Part shown: positions 55,870-64,000 of the stretch, in pieces | Layout: each line of letters starts with the position of its first letter | Position numbering within the stretch: the stretch's first letter is position 1 | The notes under the pieces: model-generated | The model's database searches: none | Told to the model about the DNA's origin: nothing | The model's input: the letters and a program-made list of their open reading frames with translations, nothing else | Virus record (IMG/VR): IMGVR_UViG_3300023179_003795 | Location: 1 to 64,000 of that record | DNA length: 64,000 nt | DNA from: a virus | Lineage: Duplodnaviria > Heunggongvirae > Uroviricota > Caudoviricetes | Reading direction: 5' to 3' (one strand) | Translations under genes and position numbers: made by a program

Positions 55870-56388
55870 TTATATATTGGATGACAAAATAATATTATCA
55901 GACTTATAACTTATATCATATGTTAAATTGTATTTCTTAATTAGATTAAAATTAATCAGAACACTATCTCTAGTTTGTTTATTATTGGACATTTTATCCC
56001 TTTTTAGTGACTGTTCATTACTATACATAGTTTCAAAATTATCGTCATAATATATCGTTACCGACAATAATAACAATCCATCACAACTAAATAATGAACA
56101 ACACGTATTTTTTTTATCATATGTCATGTCTTTATCAACCCTACCAAAAGTACCTATTGGTGTAGATGAATTAACTTTATATTTACCACCCTTATTAATT
56201 TTTAAAGTACTACTTTTCAACGAGAATTCATTACTATCAGGTCCATGAATCCTATGACCCCAACTATTAGATAAACCCAACCTCTCCAATTGAATCTTTT
56301 CCCTCCATTTATAATTGTGGAAATCGGTTTGAGGTATAATACTAAACACGTGTTTTATTTTTTCTTCGTATGATAAGTTATCTGTCAT
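55870..56388 (-). CDS. Hypothetical protein
   Basis: 172 aa ORF. Confidence 0.45.
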   Translation of the reverse strand: MTDNLSYEEKIKHVFSIIPQTDFHNYKWREKIQLERLGLSNSWGHRIHGPDSNEFSLKSSTLKINKGGKYKVNSSTPIGTFGRVDKDMTYDKKNTCCSLFSCDGLLLLSVTIYYDDNFETMYSNEQSLKRDKMSNNKQTRDSVLINFNLIKKYNLTYDISYKSDNIILSSNI

Positions 56389-56496
56389 ATTTAATTTATG
56401 TATTTTTATTGTTAAATAGTAAACATTTTTTCCCGATAAAACAAAAAAAAGAATAATTTCTTACTCTTTTTTTTAAATTATTTAACAATCAATTAA

Positions 56497-57783
56497 TTAT
56501 TTCTTTTCATCGTATTTAGGATTCATATACTTGCAGCTAATCCTATTATTATTCTTAGTTCTTATAACCACCCCTTCAATTATTCTACCAACAGATTCTT
56601 CTTTAATGAAGATTTCTTTACAAGTATTTTCCAATTCTTCAATTGAGTTTGGTTTAATCCATACAGATTTGGTATATGGTAATCCTGTTTCTATACCCAC
56701 AGATTCTAAGTTATGAAATTGTCTGTAATGATTTCTTACTGAAAATCCGGTTTCCAATCCATCCACACCAAACAAAACAATTGTTTGTTTTTGTTTAGCA
56801 TCAGAATTTAATTTATTACCAGAACCTTTCAATCCTTCACCCATTAATTCACCCCTGAAAGCCAATTCAACATCGTATTTCTTACAATATTCAACCAACT
56901 TTTCAACATAACCTTTATCGTTAGCAACATCAATCCAACTATCCCTTACTTCAGTTGTAATAGGGGTTAAATTTTCTTTAGCCCATTCATCGGTAATAAA
57001 TGTTCTACTATCATCATTAAACCAACCTTTTTCTTTTGTTTCAGGGTGAATGTATTTGTGAAACTCACTTCCAAGATGATCAACATAAAGTGAAGTATAT
57101 GCTTGCTCAAGTTTCTTTTCTTGGCTTCTTGAACAAATTCCGTGATAAAACTCACCATCAGCATTTTTCTTTACATACATAGTCCAACTCGATCCATCAC
57201 CTTTTAAACATAAACCAAATTCTTCACCATCTTCAATAGCACCTTTCACATAACCAACTTTATTAAAAAAATTTTCTTCATCTGTGCGATACATAAATGA
57301 AGGGAAATCACCAGCAACCATACCTGAAGCACCTGTTTCAGGTTCTTCATATTTTACAATACCCAATACTTCAGATAAATCACTTACCTTATCAATTGTG
57401 GTATGTAAAAAAGTCTCTACTTCACTTACAGGTAATAAAATACCGAATGAATAAATTGGATCTGAAGTATTATCAAAGCTAAAGTTAAACTTAACCGCTC
57501 TAATACGACTATTCTTACCCAATTTAGATTTCTTAGGATCACCATTTGGTTTGGTAAAACTATCAAATAAAGCAATATCACTAACACAATAATCCGGTTG
57601 AATATAACAGGCTTTATCCCCTATCTTATATAGATCTTTTTGTGATATTAAATGATATCCACAAGGACTACCATCGTCATACTTAAAATGAACCACTTCA
57701 ATTGCATTTGCTGGCTCACCATTCTTATAGATTACAATTTTTTCAGTAATCTCTACAATTTCTACACTTTTTATTTCTTTCAT
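56497..57783 (-). CDS. Putative ATP-dependent polynucleotide ligase (Rnl-like nucleotidyltransferase) with an N-terminal extension
   Basis: 428 aa. Candidate motif I is LCLKGDGSSW (KxDG), motif III AFRGELMGEG, motif IV IIEGVVIR and motif V ISCKYMNPKY, in ligase order. Confidence 0.5.
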   Translation of the reverse strand: MKEIKSVEIVEITEKIVIYKNGEPANAIEVVHFKYDDGSPCGYHLISQKDLYKIGDKACYIQPDYCVSDIALFDSFTKPNGDPKKSKLGKNSRIRAVKFNFSFDNTSDPIYSFGILLPVSEVETFLHTTIDKVSDLSEVLGIVKYEEPETGASGMVAGDFPSFMYRTDEENFFNKVGYVKGAIEDGEEFGLCLKGDGSSWTMYVKKNADGEFYHGICSRSQEKKLEQAYTSLYVDHLGSEFHKYIHPETKEKGWFNDDSRTFITDEWAKENLTPITTEVRDSWIDVANDKGYVEKLVEYCKKYDVELAFRGELMGEGLKGSGNKLNSDAKQKQTIVLFGVDGLETGFSVRNHYRQFHNLESVGIETGLPYTKSVWIKPNSIEELENTCKEIFIKEESVGRIIEGVVIRTKNNNRISCKYMNPKYDEKK

Positions 57784-58526
57784 TATTTTATTTCTTTTAA
57801 TCTTTCTTCACTATATTTTACTTGTTCTAAACTTATCTCAGAACCAATGTAATTCATATTAAGGTTTTTACAAGCCAAAGCCGTTGTTCCTGTCCCCATA
57901 AATGGATCATACACCAAATTACCTTCCTTTGAATAGATTGATAATAACTTCTCACATAGTTCAGTTGAATATGTTGCTTTATTTAAGTTATTACTACCAT
58001 CATTATTCTTTGCGGTTATAAAATTATCAATTATTTCATAATATTTTTGTCCTTTTGGTGATGTTTTAACCACTTTCTTATAACAATTAAAGGTTTTTAA
58101 CTCATCCTTCCTACAAAAAATATAAATAAACTCAACAATCCTATTTAATCTATTATAAGATGCTGGATGTGGAATACTATTGGATTTTTTCCAAATAATA
58201 GTATCGGCAACCATAAAACTAGTGTTTTGTATAATCGCCGATACCAATAAATAAGGTAGTGATGGGGTTTCAATTGAATATGAAAAGTTATATATTACCA
58301 CACCATTAGGTTTCAATACCTTATCAAATGAATTAAATATATTTAATGACCATTTGATGTATTCATCTTCACTTTTCCAATCATTGTACGTGTCATACCT
58401 CATCTGTTTATCCGCATAACCACCCTTCCTTTTTGTCATATTATATGGTGGTGATGTTAATATCACATCTATTGGATTAATTTTACTCATAGTCAATAAA
58501 CAATCCTCATTATAAATCTTATTCAT
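57783..58526 (-). CDS. DNA methyltransferase, beta-class (SPPY ... DPFMGTGTT; N4-C or N6-A)
   Basis: Motif IV ILTSPPY lies near the N-terminus and motif I VYDPFMGTGTTALA near the C-terminus. The track ORF extends to 58610, but the start at 58526 (MNKIYNEDCLLTMSKI) fits the conserved DCL...L N-terminal MTase block. Confidence 0.7.
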   Translation of the reverse strand: MNKIYNEDCLLTMSKINPIDVILTSPPYNMTKRKGGYADKQMRYDTYNDWKSEDEYIKWSLNIFNSFDKVLKPNGVVIYNFSYSIETPSLPYLLVSAIIQNTSFMVADTIIWKKSNSIPHPASYNRLNRIVEFIYIFCRKDELKTFNCYKKVVKTSPKGQKYYEIIDNFITAKNNDGSNNLNKATYSTELCEKLLSIYSKEGNLVYDPFMGTGTTALACKNLNMNYIGSEISLEQVKYSEERLKEIK

Positions 58527-59199
58527 TAAAAAAATCAAATTTACCGTCAATATATTGAACAACCACAGGTTTATTAACTGGTTCATATTCCTCATTACAA
58601 GTGCTCGCATTTACGAATAATATACCTTCATATTCTTTATAACCGTACCCACAATGAATGTGACCAAAAACGTGGAGTTTAGGTTTTACAACCATAACCC
58701 TATTAAGTAAATCCTGACATCCAATATTAGTTAAATCCCAAGGCATATAATCACACATATATTTTGGAGGTCCGTGACTTAATAAAACATCAGTATCTTC
58801 AGGGATTAAAGCCCACTTTTCAGCACATTCAACACCTCTTTTCAAATTAAACGCCCAATTATAAAACTCAGGTTGATACGGAGTTCCATAAAACTTCATA
58901 CCATCAATCACTACTTCACTATCTTCTAAATAATGAACATTCTTCGGTAATCCTTCAATTAATTCATCAACCCAAGATGCTTTATCTTCAAATGATAATT
59001 CGTGATTACCCGCAATGAATATAATATGTTCAAAAATCTCCGATTGTTTGGTTATCCATTTAAAAAAGTTCTTCACCTCACTTTGTTTGCCCATACCTGA
59101 AAAATCACCTGAATGAACAAGAATATTACCTTCAGGTAATACAATCTTATTATGCTTATTATGTGTATCAGATATCAACACAATTTTTTTGTTTTCCAT
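58519..59199 (-). CDS. Calcineurin-like metallophosphoesterase
   Basis: 226 aa with ISDTHNKH, HSGDF, GNHE, SHGPP and GHIHCGYG, the canonical MPP motif order. Confidence 0.75.
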   Translation of the reverse strand: MENKKIVLISDTHNKHNKIVLPEGNILVHSGDFSGMGKQSEVKNFFKWITKQSEIFEHIIFIAGNHELSFEDKASWVDELIEGLPKNVHYLEDSEVVIDGMKFYGTPYQPEFYNWAFNLKRGVECAEKWALIPEDTDVLLSHGPPKYMCDYMPWDLTNIGCQDLLNRVMVVKPKLHVFGHIHCGYGYKEYEGILFVNASTCNEEYEPVNKPVVVQYIDGKFDFFNE

Positions 59200-59201
59200 T
59201 T

Positions 59202-59501
59202 TTATTCCACCCTCAATTTTTTAATATATTTCCAATACTTTCTAACAGGATCTCTTGTTAGTTCGTGTAAAAAAGTAAGGTATTTAATATGATGTGTTGA
59301 AAATAATTCCTCCCTTGTTGGGTTATTATTCCACCTCATATATTCTTCTTTTGTCGCTGGTTCAATCTTTGATAAAACCATTTCTTTTAATTTGTAATAA
59401 CCAGAACATTGTTCATCAATTGGGAGTTTTGAACAGTATAAACCATCCAAATACTTTTCACAAAACGCATCAAATGGTGTTGGTTTCCAAAGAGTTCTCA
59501 T
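59202..59501 (-). CDS. Hypothetical protein
   Basis: 99 aa ORF. Confidence 0.4.
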   Translation of the reverse strand: MRTLWKPTPFDAFCEKYLDGLYCSKLPIDEQCSGYYKLKEMVLSKIEPATKEEYMRWNNNPTREELFSTHHIKYLTFLHELTRDPVRKYWKYIKKLRVE

Positions 59502-59503
59502 TT

Positions 59504-59704
59504 TTATTTCTTATTAAAAGGGTTATTTTTTCTAAGGTTATAAATTATGTATTGATTATAAAGCCAAGGTCCAACCCACATTGATCCAACAATACCACAT
59601 AGAAAAATCAACCATATTGGATAAATAAATAATCCAATAAAATGAGGGATTGTCAAAAGAACATACCCCAATAATCCAAATAAAACTTTATATAGTAAAT
59701 TCAT
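59504..59704 (-). CDS. Small membrane protein (2 TM)
   Basis: 66 aa of hydrophobic helices. Confidence 0.35.
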   Translation of the reverse strand: MNLLYKVLFGLLGYVLLTIPHFIGLFIYPIWLIFLCGIVGSMWVGPWLYNQYIIYNLRKNNPFNKK

Positions 59705-59739
59705 AATACAAAAATAATAAAAAAATGGAATAAAACAAA

Positions 59740-60795
59740 TTATTCCACTTCTTTACCCCAAAAAGGTTTTTGATATGTTGGTCTTAACATTCTCCAAATG
59801 GTATCAGAGTAATCTTTTCCATCATACAATAAAAACAATATTGGTTGATATTGTCTTGGTTGTTCTTTAACCCACATAGCGAATTCTTTCTTACCCATAT
59901 CATCAAAAGTAAATCCAGGTCTTTTATCCTTAAAATCTTCAAATAATAAATGAACAGTTTCTTCTATTTTATGGTATTCATCAACTAAACCATTCTTAAT
60001 ACCCTTAACCCAAGAATCAAATTCGTCAGGTGTCCTATCTAAAAAATAATTAAAGTTTGTTTTAGACTTTAAACACTTCCAAATATCCAAATTAGAGAAA
60101 TTAGTTAATAAACGATGCAACCTAACATACTCATCACCCTTAATTTTTACTCTAACACCTGAATTACGAAACTTAATTACAAAACCTTCTTGATTATCAC
60201 CAATCATAGATTTCATTTCTTTAATATTGGTTAAACCATCATATTTTTTAACCCTTGTTAAACCATCAAAAAAATAGTAATCAATATTCAATTCAGTTGT
60301 TCCCACAAAAGCACCGGTTAATACAACATCTTCTTCAGAGTAATGACATACGATCCTATTTTCAGGATATATGATTTCAAATATATAAGTAATTGTATGG
60401 TATAATGTTATATGTCCATATTTCCTATCAAATATTTCTTTTCCTTTTATTGCTTGTTCTGAAATAAATGAACCCTTAGATGCAAATATCCATTCACCTT
60501 TATAGTTGAATAGAATACCTAATGAACCGTCCAATTTTTCATACACATCAAACTCTTCATTCGGTATGTCTTGTAATTCATCAAGGTTAAAAAACTTATT
60601 GAATGATTTAGCGATTAATACACCCCTATCATCTAATACAGTTCCACGCATAGCAAGAGTAATATCATCCCACTTCTTTTCAAACTGACAATCACGAGAG
60701 TAGTTATATATTTTCAATGGCAGAGTTGGATGTGATTGACATTCTAACAACCCATCTTTAATATACATATTTAATATGTCTAAATTATATTTCAT
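59740..60795 (-). CDS. RNA ligase (Rnl2-like, PF09414-type)
   Basis: 351 aa with motif I VYEKLDGSLGILF (KxDGS), motif IV EGFVIKF, motif V VRVKIKGDEY and a C-terminal helical domain. Confidence 0.6.
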   Translation of the reverse strand: MKYNLDILNMYIKDGLLECQSHPTLPLKIYNYSRDCQFEKKWDDITLAMRGTVLDDRGVLIAKSFNKFFNLDELQDIPNEEFDVYEKLDGSLGILFNYKGEWIFASKGSFISEQAIKGKEIFDRKYGHITLYHTITYIFEIIYPENRIVCHYSEEDVVLTGAFVGTTELNIDYYFFDGLTRVKKYDGLTNIKEMKSMIGDNQEGFVIKFRNSGVRVKIKGDEYVRLHRLLTNFSNLDIWKCLKSKTNFNYFLDRTPDEFDSWVKGIKNGLVDEYHKIEETVHLLFEDFKDKRPGFTFDDMGKKEFAMWVKEQPRQYQPILFLLYDGKDYSDTIWRMLRPTYQKPFWGKEVE

Positions 60796-60800
60796 TTTTT

Positions 60801-61025
60801 TTAATCTAATCTTTCACACCAATCAACCGTTTTACTTTTTAAGTTATGAACAATATACACACCTCTACGATGCTTACATAACTTATATATCGTTTCTTCT
60901 TCATTTGATTTTCTCGGCATCCTATATAAATTAAATCTACTAATATTCAAATCAGTTAATCTCAATCCTTTAATATAAGCCCCATCCATTCCACCCCTAA
61001 AATCACCCTGTTTAACATCTATCAT
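60801..61025 (-). CDS. Hypothetical protein
   Basis: 74 aa ORF. Confidence 0.4.
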   Translation of the reverse strand: MIDVKQGDFRGGMDGAYIKGLRLTDLNISRFNLYRMPRKSNEEETIYKLCKHRRGVYIVHNLKSKTVDWCERLD

Positions 61026-61028
61026 TTT

Positions 61029-61640
61029 CTATTCCTCACTAAATAATTTTCCCAAATAATCAACCATAGGTTGTAAATAATTTACATCCTCAACCCCATC
61101 CCAATCAATAGGAACACCATTCCCTAATTCAACTTTAAACCCAAGTCTTGATATAAACTCAGGGTTTTCTTCTTTATATTTCTTAAACATTGATGATTTT
61201 GTCATCTTTGAATATTGAACATTTGCTATCCTATCACATAATTTAACAAATACAGCACCTTTAGTGTTTCTAATACCTTCATAGTATTTGTCATTAGCCC
61301 TTTCTTTACGTGTTTTACCCTTTTCATTGGAAACCGCATAAACAATATCAGCAACAAATACACCAAGTCTATTTCTAACATCATTATACGATGTTCTGGT
61401 GTCCTCAATCAAATCGTGGGCTGCCGTAGCGCAAAGACAAGTTTGTAGTGTAATATCAACCACCTCCCAACAATTTTTATATTCTTCTTTTTCCTCAGTT
61501 ATTAAATTTTTAGGTAAAAGATGTTTAAAATCTTCATACACCTGTAATGTCATTTTTAAGTGAAATTTGTAGGGGATATATCCATCATAATAATGATTAG
61601 TATCACTATGTTGTTTAAAAATCCATTCTAAGTTATTCAT
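61029..61640 (-). CDS. HD-domain phosphohydrolase
   Basis: 203 aa with ...CATAAHDLIEDT... (HD motif) and an upstream His. Confidence 0.5.
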   Translation of the reverse strand: MNNLEWIFKQHSDTNHYYDGYIPYKFHLKMTLQVYEDFKHLLPKNLITEEKEEYKNCWEVVDITLQTCLCATAAHDLIEDTRTSYNDVRNRLGVFVADIVYAVSNEKGKTRKERANDKYYEGIRNTKGAVFVKLCDRIANVQYSKMTKSSMFKKYKEENPEFISRLGFKVELGNGVPIDWDGVEDVNYLQPMVDYLGKLFSEE

Positions 61641-61671
61641 AATTTTTATATTAGATTAATACAAACCTTTT

Positions 61672-62235
61672 TTAAGTTTTACCATATGTATAATCAGATA
61701 CAGCCTTTTTAACTGTTCTAATAACTCTATCTTTATCTTTACCAAAAATAAGAGTAAATAATTTATCACCTGAAATGTATAATATCTCCTGATCATTGTG
61801 ATTAATTTTAACACATCTACCTTCAGGATTCTTATCATTAATCACACCATAAACACATTTATAGTCAGGATTACTCTCTTTGAATGTTGAAAGTTCATCA
61901 TACTTTTTGCTTTTTGATGACGAATTATCTGTATTGTATCTATTCTTTAATTCAATAATTATTTTTCTTCTATTATTCATTAAATCAAATCCAAATTCAT
62001 ACCCTTCTTTTAACCTTATAAAGTTTTTGTATTCCCCAATGACAGATTCCCATATTTTACCATATTTCATCTGTCTTTGTTTAACTTTTAAAACATTAAA
62101 ATGAAGTTCATTCTCCAAGAATGGATCCAAAATGTCATAAGTAATGTCTGACTTTTCTGGTGTATCAAGGATTTCAAGTGTGATTTCCTTAATCCTATTA
62201 AAAAAATCTTTATTTTCATATTTTTTTCTTATCAT
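61672..62235 (-). CDS. Hypothetical protein
   Basis: 187 aa ORF. Confidence 0.45.
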   Translation of the reverse strand: MIRKKYENKDFFNRIKEITLEILDTPEKSDITYDILDPFLENELHFNVLKVKQRQMKYGKIWESVIGEYKNFIRLKEGYEFGFDLMNNRRKIIIELKNRYNTDNSSSKSKKYDELSTFKESNPDYKCVYGVINDKNPEGRCVKINHNDQEILYISGDKLFTLIFGKDKDRVIRTVKKAVSDYTYGKT

Positions 62236-62271
62236 ATTACAAAGGTAATATATTTTAATTAAACCACCAAA

Positions 62272-62721
62272 TTAAATTAATTTTAATTCAAATCTATTTT
62301 TCATTATTTCCAACTTATCATCAGGAACTCCGTGAATATTCTTACCTCCGTGGCGATTTTCCACAATTATAGAGAATACTTGGTAGTCGTGTTCTTTAGC
62401 CATATCATAATAATCCTTCATTTCCCATTCTTGAGTAAAGGTATTGGATACTACAATAGGTGAATGTTCGTATTTCATAAGAAATTCAACTTCTTCCTTA
62501 CACCAAATATGAGCCTCTTTTATTTTTGAAGGTTCAAACTTATAATTACCATCCCCATCAACAAAATACATATCAGCCTCTTTGTGACAATAATCCTTAT
62601 TGACTAATAATTTAGCAAATGTCGATTTACCATTCCCCGGCAATCCTCTGATTAAAAATAGTTTTTTCATAATGATACAAAGATAATAAAAAAATTTATA
62701 AAAAAAAACTTGTATTGTCAA
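62272..62721 (-). CDS. P-loop kinase resembling the T4 polynucleotide kinase (Pnk) 5'-kinase domain
   Basis: 149 aa. MKKLFLIRGLPGNGKSTFAKLL aligns with T4 Pnkp [22 protein letters not shown], and it has a downstream VVSNTF block (T4: IISDTNL). There is no fused phosphatase domain. Confidence 0.6.
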   Translation of the reverse strand: MTIQVFFYKFFYYLCIIMKKLFLIRGLPGNGKSTFAKLLVNKDYCHKEADMYFVDGDGNYKFEPSKIKEAHIWCKEEVEFLMKYEHSPIVVSNTFTQEWEMKDYYDMAKEHDYQVFSIIVENRHGGKNIHGVPDDKLEIMKNRFELKLI

Positions 62722-62739
62722 ATTAAAGTATTATATTTG
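62710..62739 (+). promoter_or_regulatory. Bacteroidetes-type promoter (cTTG-N19-TATATTTG) upstream of 62765..63340
   Basis: TTG at 62710..62712, a 19-nt spacer, then TAtaTTTG at 62732..62739, with the ATG 25 nt downstream. Confidence 0.35.
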
Positions 62740-62764
62740 TTCCACAATTATAAACAATACCACT

Positions 62765-63340
62765 ATGACTAAGAAAAAAGAAGTAATCATCCCTGAAATT
62801 ATTAACAATGTAATCAGTAAATGTGATGATTTAATTAATCAAGCAATGGAACGTGAAAACAAAAGATTCCAATCTTTAATTACAAGATTTCAAGAATGGC
62901 ACTCTAAACAAGAACCAAACACTAAATTTATGTATGGTCCAATTATACCATTTTTACAACAAATATCCGGTAAATATAAAGTTGGTGGGACTGTTGAGTA
63001 TTATTCAATAAGTTATTCATTCCCTGAAAATAGAAAAAGTAGTGTGTTAGTTTATAGTCAAGAATCATTTGATAAATGGTTTAATAACTACAAAGAAGAT
63101 TATAAAATCAATCAGATTTGGAAACTTACCCAATCAATGATGAAACACCTAACCGATAAGGATAGTTTAAGTTCTGACGTAAGAATTAGTAAAACACCAA
63201 AAGGTTTTTGTGTTGATTTCCAATACTTAAATGATGGACAATTATTCAATTACCAAACAGACGCAATTGAAGCGGGTGGTCATAATATTCAATGTTTCCA
63301 TTACCGATACATAACCAAAATAAAAAAAGTGATTAATTAG
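62765..63340 (+). CDS. Hypothetical protein
   Basis: 191 aa plus-strand ORF. Confidence 0.45.
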   Translation: MTKKKEVIIPEIINNVISKCDDLINQAMERENKRFQSLITRFQEWHSKQEPNTKFMYGPIIPFLQQISGKYKVGGTVEYYSISYSFPENRKSSVLVYSQESFDKWFNNYKEDYKINQIWKLTQSMMKHLTDKDSLSSDVRISKTPKGFCVDFQYLNDGQLFNYQTDAIEAGGHNIQCFHYRYITKIKKVIN

Positions 63341-63374
63341 TCACTTTTTTTATTTTCATAACTATTTATATGGT

Positions 63375-64000
63375 ATGGAAAAAGTTTTATTAAAAGAAAT
63401 AAATAAAATGAGGAGATTAATGAATCTTATGGAGGTTGAAGATATTGAAACCGAAGATACATTAAATAACGATCCTCTCAAAGATACTATCATTAAATCA
63501 TTAAAAAAACAACTTGGTGGTGATAAAGAAATATACGTTAGATTAGTTGATAACAGACCCGGTAAAGAAGGTAAATCAAATATTGTGAAAATGATAAATG
63601 GTGAGGTTATTGATATTGATGACGATCAACCAGAACCAGTTAGTGAGAGTATTAAAGACACACTTAAAATAGGTGCAGTATGTCTTATATTAGCCTCAGG
63701 TATGATTAGTTGTACAAAAGAAGGTTCCGGATATGGATATAATTTAGGTGCTAGCGGTTTTAAATATAATATAAATCCTGCTGGAAATAAAAACATTTCG
63801 GTATTCTCAAATAATGGGGTACAACAATATAAAGTTGATTCAATGTCAAAAACTGACTTAGGTGGTGAATCAAGTGAAGGATCAATTTTTACAAGAAAAA
63901 TAACACCAACAGAAGCAATAATACTTTCTTTAGGTATGGAAAAATATGCTGAAGAATTAGCGAATAAAAATGCATCTAAAAATGTGGTATATGATTTAAT
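63375..64000 (+). CDS. Hypothetical protein, partial (runs off the window end)
   Basis: Manual translation from the ATG at 63375 (MEKVLLKEINKMRRLMNL...) stays open to the end of the window. The start follows actatttatatggtATG. Confidence 0.45.
   Translation, partial: MEKVLLKEINKMRRLMNLMEVEDIETEDTLNNDPLKDTIIKSLKKQLGGDKEIYVRLVDNRPGKEGKSNIVKMINGEVIDIDDDQPEPVSESIKDTLKIGAVCLILASGMISCTKEGSGYGYNLGASGFKYNINPAGNKNISVFSNNGVQQYKVDSMSKTDLGGESSEGSIFTRKITPTEAIILSLGMEKYAEELANKNASKNVVYDL

Noticed and set aside
58527-58610. Extended N-terminus of the DNA methyltransferase ORF (MRALVMRNMNQLINLWLF...)
   Set aside because: That extension is hydrophobic and non-conserved and overlaps the upstream gene by about 90 nt. 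Methyltransferases of this class start near the DCL...PPY block, so 58526 was chosen.
1-64000. Giant virus (NCLDV) origin suggested by abundant MORN repeats, strong AT bias, hairpin terminators at gene ends and a TATA-like motif near starts
   Set aside because: T4 gp20-type portal and gp17-type terminase, PhoH, a sigma-70-family factor, bS21, SbcC/gp46, Rnl/Pnk-type enzymes, spanin-like genes and Bacteroidetes-type promoters all point to a tailed bacteriophage.

Overview
This window is an AT-rich (roughly 70% A+T by eye), densely coded stretch of a large tailed dsDNA bacteriophage genome with a T4-like packaging core. I cannot assign a host with confidence. I call a T4 gp20-type portal (13534..15363) and a gp17-type large terminase (15386..17074), plus PhoH, an SbcC/gp46-like ATPase with a CxxC zinc hook, and a full sigma-70-family factor. 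The window also encodes a ClpA-like double AAA+ ATPase, a NUDIX protein, a HAD phosphatase, UvdE, a DEDD exonuclease, a beta-class DNA methyltransferase, a metallophosphoesterase, two Rnl-type ligase-like proteins, a T4 Pnk-kinase-like P-loop protein, ribosomal protein bS21, an Amidase_2 endolysin candidate, an SPFH/band-7 protein and a partial PLP aminotransferase at the 5' edge. Most genes are on the minus strand, with plus-strand blocks at 3.3-9.4 kb, 40.4-41.9 kb, 50.9-51.5 kb, 53.1-55.8 kb and 62.8-64 kb. The unusual content is (i) seven paralogs of an uncharacterised protein family built around a C-x-YG-x-G-[ST]-[KR]-W-C core; (ii) an N-terminal leader (M-K-I-[IL]-I-T-E-[EQ]-Q, usually followed by KKGKLFIPRR) on at least 12 proteins, reiterated inside large MORN-repeat proteins that are fused to a GH24 lysozyme and to a minimal nucleotidyltransferase, whose [IL]-x-E core matches the T4 prohead-protease cleavage rule; (iii) long near-identical dispersed repeats in coding DNA (about 263 bp inverted, about 280 bp direct); (iv) a reiterated terminator-promoter-leader cassette and a TATTTATA motif placed 2-9 nt before many start codons, plus two Bacteroidetes-type TTTG-N19-TAnnTTTG promoters. 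A Bacteroidetes (Flavobacteriia-like) or other AT-rich marine host is plausible but unproven. Every homology call rests on motif recognition by eye; no database search was run.
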